A stretch of DNA of 63,029 nucleotides, filler included, from Licmophora abbreviata (GCA_900291995.1; 11 parts of 11 records of this genome joined end to end with filler, not necessarily neighbours in it); one strand, 5' to 3'. Shown: positions 25,613-37,547, counted from the whole stretch's first letter. A program made the numbers and translations. The notes: generated from the letters alone by a model not told the origin.

Positions 25613-26758
25613 ATGGGTGCTCTCCGAAAACGCCGAGCCCGTAAAAGAATTAGGCAGTCTGGAACAATGACGACGAAAGACCAGCAAACCGGTGTTCCTA
25701 CTGTGATGGAAGACGACGATGACGACTCATTCTCATTTTGGCGGCAGCAGCTATACAGACTGCCACGACTGCTGGTACTCCTTTTGGCGCTAGTATATGT
25801 GCGGTACAAAAAGGCAAACGAAAACGAGCAGCATTCTTCATCGTTTCCACCTTTACGAAACTATCGGTCCTTCCGAACGGGCCCAGGTCTCGAGGTCTTC
25901 GTCGTGCCAGATTTTCTTCCCCAGGAACTAGCGGTTCAATGGCGCGAAACAATGAAACGTGAATGGAAACGACATGAACTGACACCGAACGACAGTTCTT
26001 GGCGCTACGCTACCAACAATGACGGCAATCCATCGGGCGGCTCGTCCTACTTGCATTCCAACAATCAAAAGACACGGAGTCTAGCCAATGTTCCAGAACG
26101 CAATGCATCGGCACACCGAATGTACAAGCATGGTGCATTTTCGTACTCGAAATGGGAATTGCTGCCTCAACATGCGTTGGTTCAAGAAATTGAACGAGTC
26201 TTTACATCGACTCAGATGATGAATCGTATTCAAAGCATCATCAATGACACGTCGATTCAATTTCAACCATCGCTGTCGGACCTCTTTGTCACATACTACG
26301 GGACGGGTGACTTTTTGTCGTCGCACAATGATGGAGTTGCGGGAACGTGGGCCTTTGTTGTGAGTCTAATGGACGGGCCAATACAAGAAAAAGAACGACA
26401 AGAAGACGACATTGCCCAAAATACGACTCATCCTTGGCGCAATGACTTTGGAGGACAGACACGCTTCGAATGTCCCTACGATCCAAGCGAAGCTACAAGT
26501 CGTCAGCTCGAACAGCAGCAGCGAACGTACGCTTATGACTGGTGTGAGAGTATCTTACCATCTTTCAACTCGGCCCTCTTGTTTCGAACTCGTCCAATTG
26601 GACCCATGCACGACGTGGTGCCCGTTACATGGAAGGCAGCGTACAACTCCTTTCACCGCTTTGGACTTACGGGATGGTACATGGAACAGCAAGATTTGAT
26701 GGACGACTATGCCCGTGGAGAACGAGACAAGATGCGTGGAAGAGATACGTTTACATAG
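25613..26758 (+). CDS. Membrane-anchored 2OG-Fe(II) oxygenase (prolyl-hydroxylase-like)
   Basis: YYGTGDFLSSHND (HxD), MHDVVPV (distal His), RFGLTGWY; TM segment LPRLLVLLLALVYV. Confidence 0.85.
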   Translation: MGALRKRRARKRIRQSGTMTTKDQQTGVPTVMEDDDDDSFSFWRQQLYRLPRLLVLLLALVYVRYKKANENEQHSSSFPPLRNYRSFRTGPGLEVFVVPDFLPQELAVQWRETMKREWKRHELTPNDSSWRYATNNDGNPSGGSSYLHSNNQKTRSLANVPERNASAHRMYKHGAFSYSKWELLPQHALVQEIERVFTSTQMMNRIQSIINDTSIQFQPSLSDLFVTYYGTGDFLSSHNDGVAGTWAFVVSLMDGPIQEKERQEDDIAQNTTHPWRNDFGGQTRFECPYDPSEATSRQLEQQQRTYAYDWCESILPSFNSALLFRTRPIGPMHDVVPVTWKAAYNSFHRFGLTGWYMEQQDLMDDYARGERDKMRGRDTFT

Positions 26759-26804
26759 AAAGTAAGAGTTGCTAGCTACTACCAATATTAGACGGCAGCC
26801 CTAG

Positions 26805-28106
26805 CTAGCTAGTCGCGGCGGTTGCATTGAACGGCTTTCGTACAATGGCATAGAGACTCGTCTTGGCACCACCGGCAGTAAGTGGAATGCCATGAACATC
26901 ATTCCCGTCGACTGGAGCAAGTAGACTCGAGTCATATTCGTAGTAGGACTGTAGGTACATTTGATAAAACTCCTTTGTGATGCGGATCGGGTGGCATGGG
27001 TCGTTCGTCTGCAACTGCTGTGCACTGGCATACTCTTCTCCAAAGATCAAAATACCCCCCGGTTTTAAGACACGATAGACGTTGTCCAAGACCGTTACAG
27101 CATTCGAACAGTGCTCCAGCGTATTGACCAAGATGGCTGTATCAAAGTAGGAATCATACAAGAATGGCAATCGCTCGTCCTCTGCCGGAAGCGCGGCCGT
27201 CGTGGTGTTTACACAACCTCCTTTGTCGTTCCAAGATTGATGCTTCGTAGAAGTACTGCTACTTGGTATTCGTAGCACACCGTCCGTGTCATAACTCGAC
27301 GATATGTTCGGATTTGAAATGTACTCTTGAATGAGAGGGTCCACTAGCGTGGCCGATCGTACAGACCGTCGCTGCTGTTGTACTTTGGTTCCCTCCTGCA
27401 GAATCAGTCGCAACTTAGTGTACGGCCCCGCTCCAAATTCAATCACATGTCCCAGCGACCTTGGGAGCGATTTGAATTGTTGAAAGGCAATGACCTGATG
27501 AGGATTTCGCTCCGGTTGTCGGTCTTGCTGTTCCCAGAATTGACTTTCACATGAGTGAGCCTGTTGAGCCCGTTCTATGGATGGAACCTTGAGACGACCA
27601 TATTCTGTATTCCAGCAGCGATCAAGAAGCATCAGTCCTCCGCCATGATGTTTGACTAACCTGTTGCGGTTCATAAAATCACCGCGGCATTCCGGAAATC
27701 GTCGTGTGTACTTGTTTGTCACATATTTGGTGGTTGGAGTGTTACAGAATTTGCCATGGTGCGTCGGATCGCAAATGCAACTTGACACCAGTCGACTTCC
27801 GTTCGGAGCACAGGCGTCATCAACAGTGTCATGGCCAACAGAAGTCATGTTGGAAAGGTCAATCGATCGATGGGTACAAGACTGGCTAAGCAAAAATGAC
27901 CCTCTGCCTTTTGTCCCATTGATAGAAGTAGTATTCAGAAAGGAACGAGTCCAGGCTGGCGGTCTATCGTCTGCGTCAATTTGTTGCCTGATGCCGCCCG
28001 TCGTGCTAGACGACTGAATCAGGAAGACTCCAGTCGACAGCCAAGCAATCTGAATGGACAGTGAAGCCGCCAGTGTCCACCAGATCCAACTACAGCGACG
28101 GGACAT
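26805..28106 (-). CDS. Signal-anchored class I SAM-dependent methyltransferase with EGF-like Cys motif
   Basis: VIEFGAGPYT (motif I), NTLEHC..VYRVLKPGGILIF; CAPNG..CICDPTHHGKFC. Confidence 0.8.
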   Translation of the reverse strand: MSRRCSWIWWTLAASLSIQIAWLSTGVFLIQSSSTTGGIRQQIDADDRPPAWTRSFLNTTSINGTKGRGSFLLSQSCTHRSIDLSNMTSVGHDTVDDACAPNGSRLVSSCICDPTHHGKFCNTPTTKYVTNKYTRRFPECRGDFMNRNRLVKHHGGGLMLLDRCWNTEYGRLKVPSIERAQQAHSCESQFWEQQDRQPERNPHQVIAFQQFKSLPRSLGHVIEFGAGPYTKLRLILQEGTKVQQQRRSVRSATLVDPLIQEYISNPNISSSYDTDGVLRIPSSSTSTKHQSWNDKGGCVNTTTAALPAEDERLPFLYDSYFDTAILVNTLEHCSNAVTVLDNVYRVLKPGGILIFGEEYASAQQLQTNDPCHPIRITKEFYQMYLQSYYEYDSSLLAPVDGNDVHGIPLTAGGAKTSLYAIVRKPFNATAATS

Positions 28107-28636
28107 GCTGTCTGTGATGGAAGAGAGCTACCTCCTGGCATGCGAGCTGCCATCACCGGCGCCTCTCTTCATGGTCGGCGAGAAGTGTGTCGCCGCGGTC
28201 TGTCATTTTCAGTTTGATTTTGGGATTATTTGGAAGACGAGCCTTCGAGCTCTGCGACGGAGCGCGAGCTCTGTCTCACATCCTCCCAAACGTATCTTGC
28301 TTCCGGGTCTGTCACGTAAAATGAATACCGCGCTCTACGCATCGTATCTTTGGGCTTCAAGCGGGCGCGCGCTCACTTTTTCTCTGCTCTTTCCGTGAGT
28401 GAACTGTCGGCGCGTTCGTTGCTGTGTGTGGTGTTGGTCGCACTTGTCACATTGGTTTTGCGATCGACAAAGACGCGCCACAAACAAGAACGCTGAGCTA
28501 GTCTGTCGCTATTTCGGTGATTCTTATCGCTTCTTCTGGAGAGCATCTGAAAAACTCCAAGGGTGATTGCCAAATTTGAAACTGAGATTTATCACTGGCT
28601 AAAATTACAATTCGCAAAATCACAATTACCAGCAGC

Positions 28637-30987
28637 ATGGCAACCAAGCTTCCAATCACTGCCGCGTGCAGTATGCTACTACTACTACTCTTGCTGATGA
28701 CAGTGAACCCATCGCAGACCTTTTCGATACGTCCCTTATTGCGCAAAGCCACGATAACCTTCCATCGCGCTGTCAACTTCCATCAGAATCGATCGGCGAT
28801 GCGGCGTCCTGCCAAGAGCGAAGACGACGAGGAGAAAATACTCCAGGCGTCAGTACTGAGTTGGAAGTCAGATCCTAAACTGAAACAGAGATTGGGAATT
28901 GGAGGTGAAACTGATACTGATGAGCAAGCGCCGCGTCCTCCGGACAGTCCGCCACCCGAAGAATTAATGGACAGTGAGACCAAGGGACTGTCTCCGTTCT
29001 ATGCAGATGAAGAAGGAGAAAGCATGGAGAGCGAACTGGTCAAGGCTGCGTCGGATCTGTCAGCGGCCTTTGTCGATGATGTCGTGGTAAGTTCAACGTG
29101 GCATTATGGAAAGTGTCCACTGTGCTGCCTGTCTGTATACATCTCATTGACCTCACGCAGAAACTCGCTGTATTTATCTACTTTCTGTACTGCTATTCAT
29201 CGTCGTCGTCGTCGTCGTCGCCACTATCGTCAACACCATCATCGACATCACAACAGGCACCCGTCTTCAGTGGTGAAATAGAAAAGAATGTTTCGGGAGA
29301 TTCCATCAAGGGTGCAGTGCTCACGGGAGCCACTTTGAGCATCTTGGCTGGTGCCGGTTTGCCCCTCACGGGAGCAGCCGGCTTGGGCGCTGCCTTTGTC
29401 GCCATTTCGCCCGGCAAGGGCGGCGATGCGCTTCGTGCCGTCGGAGGTGCCACATGGGATGCAGCCCAGCGCGCTGCGAAATTGTACGAGACCTACGGGA
29501 GCAAGCTCAAACTGGATGAAAAGACCAAGGCTCTCGTCATGCCCTTGGTGGAAAAGGCTCTGGAAGAAGTTAGGAAGCAACAAGAAGAGCGCAAATTTGA
29601 AGAAGAGCGGCTGGAAGCGATTGAAAGAAAGGAAGAAGCGGCGCGGCTTAATGCAGAGAAAAAGATTGAAGAAAAGGCTCGACAGGAGGCGGAGGCGCTC
29701 AAGCTCGAAGAGGAGGCGCAGAAGCTAGAGGAAGAAGCCTTGGCCTTGGAAGAGGAAGCTCGATTAGAAGCGGAGGCAGAAGCGAAACGCGTGGAAGAGG
29801 AGGCTCGACTAGAAGCGGAAGCTAAAACGAAACGCATGGAAGAGGAGGCTCGACTAGAAGCTGAAGCTAAAACGAAACGCATGGAAGAGGAAGCTCGACT
29901 AGAAGCTGAAGCTAAAACGAAACGCATGGAAGAGGAAGCTCGACTAAAAGCTGAGGCAGAAGCGAAACGCATTGAAGAGGAGCAGAAAGTAGCGGAAAAG
30001 GCCGCGGCAGAAGAACGGAAACTTGCAGAAGAGGCTCGGCTGGCGGCCGAAGAAGCGCAACGTGCCGAAGATGAAGCGCGGATGGCGAAGGAAGCCGAGA
30101 AAGAAAAGAAGCGGTTAGAGAAAGAAGCCGAGCAAGAAAAGAAGCGACTCGCGGAAGAAGCAGCTCGGGCCAAACAAAAAGAGGAAGCTCGCCTTGTGGA
30201 AGAAGCAAAGCTCGCCGAAGAAGCCCGACTGGCGGAAGAAGAAGAAGAAATGATTCGTCTTGCTCAGTCACTGGACGGCGGCATTCCTGGGCTCGACGAT
30301 GCTGTTGCTGACGAAGGCGACAAGGCTGAGTGGGACGCTGCTCGCGAGCTCGCAGAAGAGTTGGGCAATGGAGGCACTATGGGCGGCGACACAGAAGAGG
30401 AAATGGAAGCGCTGTTTCAGGCGGCTCGTGATGCGGTCGAAAAGTTCGATGCCGAACGAGGGGATGATGATGATGACGACATGTTTGGCTTTGACGATGA
30501 GGACATTGATCTTGAAGAGCTGGGGCGTGCTGCTCGAGCTGCTGTAGAACAAGAATTTGAGCCTGCGGACGAGGAGCTAGAGGAAATTGAAAACGTCGGG
30601 GCTGCGGCACGTCTAGCCGTTGAGATGTTCGAGTCGGGCGTAACGGAACCAGAGGAGTTCGAAAAGATACCGACAGATTGGTCCAAATTCACGGTGCCAC
30701 AGCTCAGGGACGAGCTGAAGGGTCGGGGATTGAAAACGTCGGGTAAAAAGGCGGACTTGGTAGCGGCTCTGACCACGGCTGACCTTCAGCTCGTCCAGGA
30801 ATCGGAAGGAGAAGAAGATCTTGACTTCGAGCTAAGCATCGAACCAGAAGACGAACCACATGAGCAAAGTGAACTGGCATTCGATACAATGACCGTTTCT
30901 GAATTGAAAGATGAGCTAAGAAGTCGAGGCTTAAAGGTCGGCGGGAAAAAGGCCGACCTTATCGACAGACTGAACGAGGCAGCTTGA
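28637..30987 (+). CDS. Plastid-targeted coiled-coil protein with two SAP DNA-binding domains
   Basis: Signal peptide + SQT-FSI. Intron from 29087 (GTAAGT) to 29256, or 29160; both acceptors are in frame. Gly/Ala-rich hydrophobic hairpin; SAP motifs FTVPQLRDELKGRGLKTSGKKADLV and MTVSELKDELRSRGLKVGGKKADLIDRL. Confidence 0.8.
29749..29973 (+). repeat. Coding tandem repeat, 5 x 45 bp (EEEARLEAEAKTKRM)
   Basis: Five near-identical 45-nt units starting at 29749, 29794, 29839, 29884 and 29929. Confidence 0.95.
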
Positions 30988-31511
30988 CCCCAGGCACTCT
31001 AGGAGCTAAAGATCTTACCAGTTATAGGTGTAGTGATTGTGCAGAGAGTGGATGACCAGTTATAAGAAAAAAGGGAACCAATCGAAACTAAACAATTGCA
31101 TTGTGTTGAGTACTAGTTGTGTTGGAATTGGCAGAAGACCTCAATGATTTCGCTTTCTGACAAAGGAGTGTCATGAGCTCCGGACTTATATAAGCCTTTC
31201 TCTGGTACATCACGTCCGCTAGATCTGTCTTCCGACGTGGGTATGTCACGTAATATGATAGGTGTATCGGTAGACTACGAGGTCAAAACGTCAAAACACG
31301 TGCGGCATGCGACGTCAGAAAGTGATGTATTTTTCTGATGCGATGTGGCGCCGATGTTGACTGTGATGCTGATGACGACGAGACACGAGACACATTACAG
31401 TCTGAACACAGTCTATTAGAACTACCGTAGCTGTAGAAGTGAGATGAGAGCGGTGGGCCTTCCACAGATAGCTTTCTACATTACGTTTGATCGTCGTCAA
31501 CCGTCCCCACT

Positions 31512-32357
31512 ATGAAACTCGGCTTCTCCCTCTCTCCCGGTGGCTTGCTCCTTCCATATCACGCTGGCGTTTTAGCGTCCCTCGATTACAGTGGCGTCTT
31601 GTCGTCGAATGATAATGGATCGAATACGTTATCATCTGTACCGCTCGCGGGGTCTTCTGCAGGCTCGATTGCCGTGGTGGCGCACAGCTGCGGGGTGTCA
31701 CCAGAGCAAGTTCTCGAGGCGACGATTCGAGTCTCCGATACCTGTGAATCCATGGGAGGTGCACGAGGACGATTGCTCCCGTTACTACGGGCTGAAATGG
31801 AAGAGCTGATTGACGAAGAGGCCTTTGCGCGACTACAGGAACAGGAGGGCAGTGTCGGAGTGGCATATCGAGAACTCTTTCCCATCAACCGATCTGTACT
31901 TCAGACCTCCTTTGCGGACCGCCAGGACATGATGAGCGCAGTCTGTCACTCGTGTACGTTCCCCTTCTTTGCCACCAATTGGCCCGTCGCCATCGACATC
32001 GCAAATGACGGTATACTCCCCCGTGTCTTGGTCGATGGATTCTTTTCCGTGCCGCGCTCGAGGTTCGGATGTCCCGATTTTGACGACATGAAGGATACCA
32101 TTGTCGATCGTACTATTACCGTATCGGCCTTCCCACAGGCGCAGGTAGGATTGAAGGCATCCTCACCGCAAGATTGTATCAGCCCGTCTCCCGAGACGAC
32201 GGAGCTCTCCGAACTGTATGAAATGGCGACAAAGCCATCGTCGTCTGAGGCACTTGCGCGGATCTACGAAAATGGATGGGCAGATGCCGAAGCGTGGATA
32301 CGACGCGAACAGCAAGACGATGAAAGTGAAGACCGAACGCCAACGAGTACGAGTTGA
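31512..32357 (+). CDS. Patatin-like phospholipase
   Basis: SPGGLLLPYHAGV oxyanion motif, GSSAG nucleophile elbow, DGF catalytic Asp. Confidence 0.88.
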   Translation: MKLGFSLSPGGLLLPYHAGVLASLDYSGVLSSNDNGSNTLSSVPLAGSSAGSIAVVAHSCGVSPEQVLEATIRVSDTCESMGGARGRLLPLLRAEMEELIDEEAFARLQEQEGSVGVAYRELFPINRSVLQTSFADRQDMMSAVCHSCTFPFFATNWPVAIDIANDGILPRVLVDGFFSVPRSRFGCPDFDDMKDTIVDRTITVSAFPQAQVGLKASSPQDCISPSPETTELSELYEMATKPSSSEALARIYENGWADAEAWIRREQQDDESEDRTPTSTS

Positions 32358-32389
32358 CAACAATTCGGGTATCTAGAGATAGCATCGCG

Positions 32390-32641
32390 CTACGATTCAG
32401 TGCTGTTGTACTGTGAGGCATTCATGGCGCTCATCTCGTCCGAAACGTCGACAATGTACTCGTCAAGGTAGCCTACGAGTTGTCCTGCCAGCGTGTTGTT
32501 TGTCCAGTTTCCAGAACCGTACTTAGTGCGCAACCTTGTCAACTCTTCGTGAATGACCGATATCTGGCTGAAGGTAAAGTTGTAAGCTTCTGGGGGTGGA
32601 CCATGACGGTCAAAGAAGGTGGTGATGCCTTTTCGATTCAC
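32390..32641 (-). CDS. C-terminal fragment of a hypothetical protein (5' part in gap); related to the N-terminal part of the neighbouring ORF
   Basis: Open frame runs into the gap; YNFTFSQI..EELTRLRTKY..LVGYLDEYI resembles YPYTEDQL..LQHLHDEY..LQGVLTEYI at 32900-33010. Confidence 0.6.
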   Translation of the reverse strand: MNRKGITTFFDRHGPPPEAYNFTFSQISVIHEELTRLRTKYGSGNWTNNTLAGQLVGYLDEYIVDVSDEMSAMNASQYNSTES

Positions 32642-32741
32642 NNNNNNNNNNNNNNNNNNNNNNNNNNNNNNNNNNNNNNNNNNNNTTAATTAATTAANNN
32701 NNNNNNNNNNNNNNNNNNNNNNNNNNNNNNNNNNNNNNNNN
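32642..32741. other. Artificial scaffold gap spacer
   Basis: N44-TTAATTAATTAA-N44. Confidence 0.98.
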
Positions 32742-33979
32742 ACTACTTGGCCGCTAGTCACCCCGATATTGACAGATACATGATGCGCTTTGATAGATTG
32801 CCGTGTGTGTGGCAAACGGTAGTGGAAGGAAACGGCAGTGACGCACTTGGCGAGTCGTATGGAAGGCATCACAGGACCGGTGGATACAATCTCGGTTCGT
32901 ATCCGTATACGGAAGACCAGCTAGAAAGCACCATTCACACTTTACAACACTTGCACGACGAGTATGCGAGTCGCTTCCCTCAGCTACAAGGGGTCTTGAC
33001 GGAGTACATTCGAGACTGCGACACGATGATAAAGGGAATCATGCAACTTACAAGCAACTCCAGCAACGAACCGACCGATCTACAGAAGAGCCCGTCCTGG
33101 GAGCAAGAATTACTCGAGGTACATCCCCTCTTGTCCAAGTTAATCAATGTCGACAAACCCGTCGCGAAAAGCAATTATGTCATACCGTACTACTGGTACA
33201 TCGATCAATCCGGTGAAAAGAATATGAAACACATTCTATCGTGCCTTGGACGTACACAGAACAAGCACGTGTATCAATTGCAGTGCAGCAGCGGCAGCGA
33301 AGGCGCTTCGGAAGCATGCAACTATCAGGGGATGACCGCTGTCAACGTTGACTTGTCGTCTACTGCTGGTATTCAGCGTGCCCACGAATTAAACTTGACG
33401 GGCCAAGCATCAGAAGATTTTGTCTTGGTGTCCTCGCGGTTCCATGAGGGAATGACCCTATTCACTTCAGATATACCCGGGCGCTTATTCATTCTCTTTC
33501 GGAACCCAATAGAGCGGGCTGTTGGAAATTACTTTCCGACATTCTATCGGACGGGCCAGAAGCTAAGCATGCTCGAGTATGCCACAAGCCCGCATTCATA
33601 CAGCAACTCGATGACAAGAATGCTAGTAGATAAGGCTGAAGGGGAACTCTTGCCGAATCATCTGGTCTTGGCCAAGAAGATTCTAAAAACGAAGTGTCTT
33701 GTGCTGCTCCATTCAGAAATGACGGAATCAGTTGATCGACTAGCTGGATACTTCCACTGGCCCTTGACGGACGACCAACGCTCCTGCGCACAACGCTATT
33801 CCGTGGAGGAGCCAATTAATGCTCTTAACCCGTATACCGACAAGATCCCTTTTCCTAAAAGCGGCTCGGCCGAATGGGAAGCATTCCGACAACAGAATCT
33901 GTTTGACTTGGAGCTATACGAGTACGCACAACAGATATTTCGGGAACAAAGCCATCTGCTAAGTGAAACTGACCGGTAG
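32742..33979 (+). CDS. Sulfotransferase-like protein (5'-truncated by gap)
   Basis: RLFILFRNPIERAV (3'-PB motif), NSMTRML and NLFDLELYEYA; 5'-PSB region looks degenerate (YWYIDQSGEKNMK). Confidence 0.75.
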
Positions 33980-34055
33980 AAATAGACGTTCAAACAGAAA
34001 GTAAATCCGTACACATCGCTAGTCAGTCACACCGTCTAGAGCACCTAAACATATC

Positions 34056-36030
34056 CTAAGAATTGCTCTTCTCTGTGGCTTCCATGGCGTCGGCTATCAC
34101 ATCCCATAACGTCCTGCAAAGAAAGGTCTGTTTCTCCGTAAAGTCGCGCGGCAACTTGTCCGGGTGCAAAAAGAACTTGCATTTGCGGACAGCTATGACG
34201 GACCGAAGCAGCGGCAAGTGGTTGTTAGGACAAGTTTAGTTGAAGTACAAGACAGCGACACACGCTCTTCTTACCTCGCTTGATGACAGCCACCTGTCCG
34301 GCACACAATGCGTCCGACGAAAAGGGCTTCCACTTGTGAAAATAGTCGTGTGGCTCCACACCATTCGCAGGCGGAAACGTCGTGTGTATCGTCCCGAGCA
34401 AATATTCAATCGGTCGCGGAGTCTGATATTGAGGCGGTTGTAAGGCCCACTTCGTCAGTATTCCTCTCTTGAGAGTCATCGTCGCATCTTTGGGTGCGGA
34501 CCCACCGGTAGAAGTAGGCTTCTGAGGTGCATGCGGCTGTGAAGCATTGGAAAAAGGTGGAGGTACGGTCTTCGATGGAATCGACTGTCGTGGATGCTGC
34601 GACGCTACATTCGGTCTCATGGATGGCGGTGCCGAAGGAGCATTCGGTTGATGATGCATATCAGGCACATGGTGCTGCTGCTGCGGCACGTTCATAGGAT
34701 ATCCACCTGGAGGCATGTTAGGATAGGGGTGCATCCGTGGTGATGCCTCTTGCGGACGACCCCCACCACCATAAAGTCGATTGAGATCGTGCAAATTGAT
34801 CCAGGGAGTTGTGGTACGCGTGACGGGATTCCATTGCGGCGATTCTCGAGCCATGAGGGTCGAAACGGCTTGTAGAAACGCGTTCCAGTGAAGTGTGGGA
34901 TCGGGCAGTGACAGAGGCTTTTGTGGCGATACAAACAACAAAGCGCACAAGTCTCGAACTTCTGCAATAGTCAATGCTCGTTCGTCCAGAACATCCAGCA
35001 CGGGCACATGAATTCCCATTTCCCGAAAGCGATGCAGTGACAAGCCGTAGGTCAACCAAGGATTTCGTAGATAAACTTCCAGAGATTCTCCAAAGAAATC
35101 ATCCAACACGTCAAAGGGCAAGTTGAGTTGGGAATCGAGTGAATTGTAAAAGTCAAAGACCGTCTCGTCGTCCGTGCACAGACGCACAATGACCCAAACC
35201 GGCAGTCCCTCGAGTGATTGAAGCGTCTGCGTGAATTGCTGTGCCGCCGTTCGACCACTCGAGCCATCATCGCACGTTGGAAGACCTTGCGTCGCCAGTA
35301 CGACCGTGACAGTCTGGTTCTGCTGTCGCAGCTGTGGAGCAATCTGGCGAATGTACTTTTGCAGTCCTGTCAGTTGGGGTGTCAGCGGTGTCGGCCCACT
35401 CGGACGAGTCTGTGTCATGACGTGCTGAGCGACTTGCATCTCCCGAGGCAGTCCTGTGGGGCCCTTTTCGCCAATGGAAAAATACTGTGGACCAACGTGT
35501 GGATCGTTCAGAAGCTATAGGGATGGTAGCAATGAAAACAGGTGTAAATAATCAAAGTGATGATTCGTCGCGTTGATACCATAGACCTAGTAGGACGCAG
35601 CAACATATACGCGACACTGACTCACCGCAAACCTGGTCTTGAGTTGATACTGTGCTGCCATTTGGGCATGATAGACGACACAGTCGTTGAGTTCTTGCCA
35701 TCGCGAGATGCCAGTGATGTTTTGAATGTCATGAAAGGAAGATCCCGAAATCTGGTGACTGTCGCGTACATTCATGGCCTCGCTGTTGTCCAATATCCAA
35801 ATGCGAAGCGGGAAACCATGCCGGAGGGTGGAGAAGGCGTGAATCAATCCAGAGGAGAAGCCTTGCTGCTGGAGCGCCTGAATCTGCGGGGCAGTTAAAC
35901 TGGTGGTGGTAGGGATGGGTGATGCTGATGGAGTGGGTCTTGGATTCGAACGATGAGCTCCGTCACCCTCACCGACAGAAGCAAAGGGATCGAATCGTCG
36001 AAGATCTGGATTGTTATTCTTACTAGTCAT
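34056..36030 (-). CDS. vWA domain protein fused to an auxilin-like J-domain
   Basis: Exons 36030-35626, 35514-34275 and 34192-34056. vWA LRIWILDNS..GPTPL..VVLATQG; Pro/Gln linker; C-terminus VIKR|AVRKCKFFLHPDKLP..LWDVIADA. Confidence 0.8.
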
Positions 36031-36446
36031 GGTCTATGGGGCGATGCGTGGATAATGAATGGGCAAAACAAGACTGAGAAGATTTCAAGATTTCATTTCG
36101 TTCGCATCGCCCGATCTCTTGGATCTCCACTCCGGGTCTCCGTCCGAAGCAGATGTCGACACTCCAGCGTCAAGATGAAATACACAGATTACTACACTTC
36201 AGTATACTTTTTATTTTCAGTTAGGAACTCTCACGCTGCGGAGTACCACCTCAGGATCGTCGATGCAGTTCTTCGTCGTTCCTCTGGCATGCCGCACCAG
36301 TACTTGTACTGGTACCGCCCTACGAGTAGACCGCTCCAGCACTACGGCGCCACTGTCCTCACATTATCTCCACGGTCGAGACCCATTCGCTTTTCCTCTT
36401 CGCTCGAAGTATATACCTCAACACTCTTTTGTTTGAATCATTCATC

Positions 36447-37547
36447 ATGCTCGCTGCCCAGTATACGGAAGAAATTACGGACCCCGCCGACTATGACACG
36501 AAGATCAAGCTCGTGACAGTCGACAAGCCCAAAGATATCCCCGCCAATCATGCGCTCGTCAAGGTCCATGCTGCGTCAATCAACCCCATCGACTGGATGG
36601 TCATGGCAGGCATGGTCAAGGCGGCAGGATGGGAACTTCCTTTGCCGTTTACGAGTAAGCAATCCGAATGAGTTGTGATAGTTTTCATTTTTTTGCTTTG
36701 TTCCGTACCTAATTTTTTATTTTGTGTTTCTCGCTGGCTATTCTTTCACTCAGTCGGATATGACTTGAGTGGAGTTATCGAAGAGATTGGCAAGGATAGT
36801 ACTACGGACTTTGCTGCGGGAGACGATGTCTTTTGTGTCAACTGGGGTCAAGGCAACCACAACACGACGCCCGTCATCGCGGGAGCCTTCGCGGAATACA
36901 TTCTCATTTCCTTGGACAAGCTCAGCAAGAAGCATGCCGATGTCTCTCATGCGCAGGCTGCCTCCGTTGCTCTGGTGGGAACCACCGCTCATCAGGGTCT
37001 GGGACACTGTCAGGTCACGAAAGGAAGCAAGGTGCTTGTGTTGGGAGGAGCCAGTGCCGTGGGTGCCATTGCGATTCAGTTGGCCAAGAGTCAGGGAGCG
37101 TGGGTAGCCACGACGGTGTCCCCGCGTACCAAGGATTATGTGGAGAGTCTGGGTGGAGCAGACTTGATGATTGATTACACGGCGCAGAAGTGGGAAGAGC
37201 TGGAAGAGTTGAAGGGAATCGATGCCGTGTTTGACTGTGTCGGGGAGACGAATGGCTTCGAACGGGCCAAGACGATTCTCAAGACGGACGGAGCTTTTGC
37301 GACCACGTCGTCGTACGATGCTGGCTTTGATCCCAAGGGACATGCGCCGCTGTGCTTTGCGTCCTTCTTTTGTCTAGGCAACGATGCGAAAGTTCAAGAC
37401 ATGCTCATGAGCATGCTCGTATCCAAGGAACTCAAGCTGCCCGTCGAGCAGACGCTCCCGTTTACGCAGGACGGAGTTTTGGACCTCTTGAAGACGCAGA
37501 AGAAGGGCAAGAACAAGGGAAAGCTGGCGCTCGTGATGGTTGATTGA
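36447..37547 (+). CDS. MDR-family NAD(P)H quinone oxidoreductase / alcohol dehydrogenase-like
   Basis: Exons 36447-36654 and 36754-37547; VKVHAASINPIDW, GYDLSG, GAFAEY, VLVLGGASAVG. Confidence 0.92.

Noticed and set aside
29749..29973. 45-bp direct repeats as a CRISPR array
   Set aside because: No unique spacers; in-frame coding repeat in a eukaryotic gene; no cas genes.
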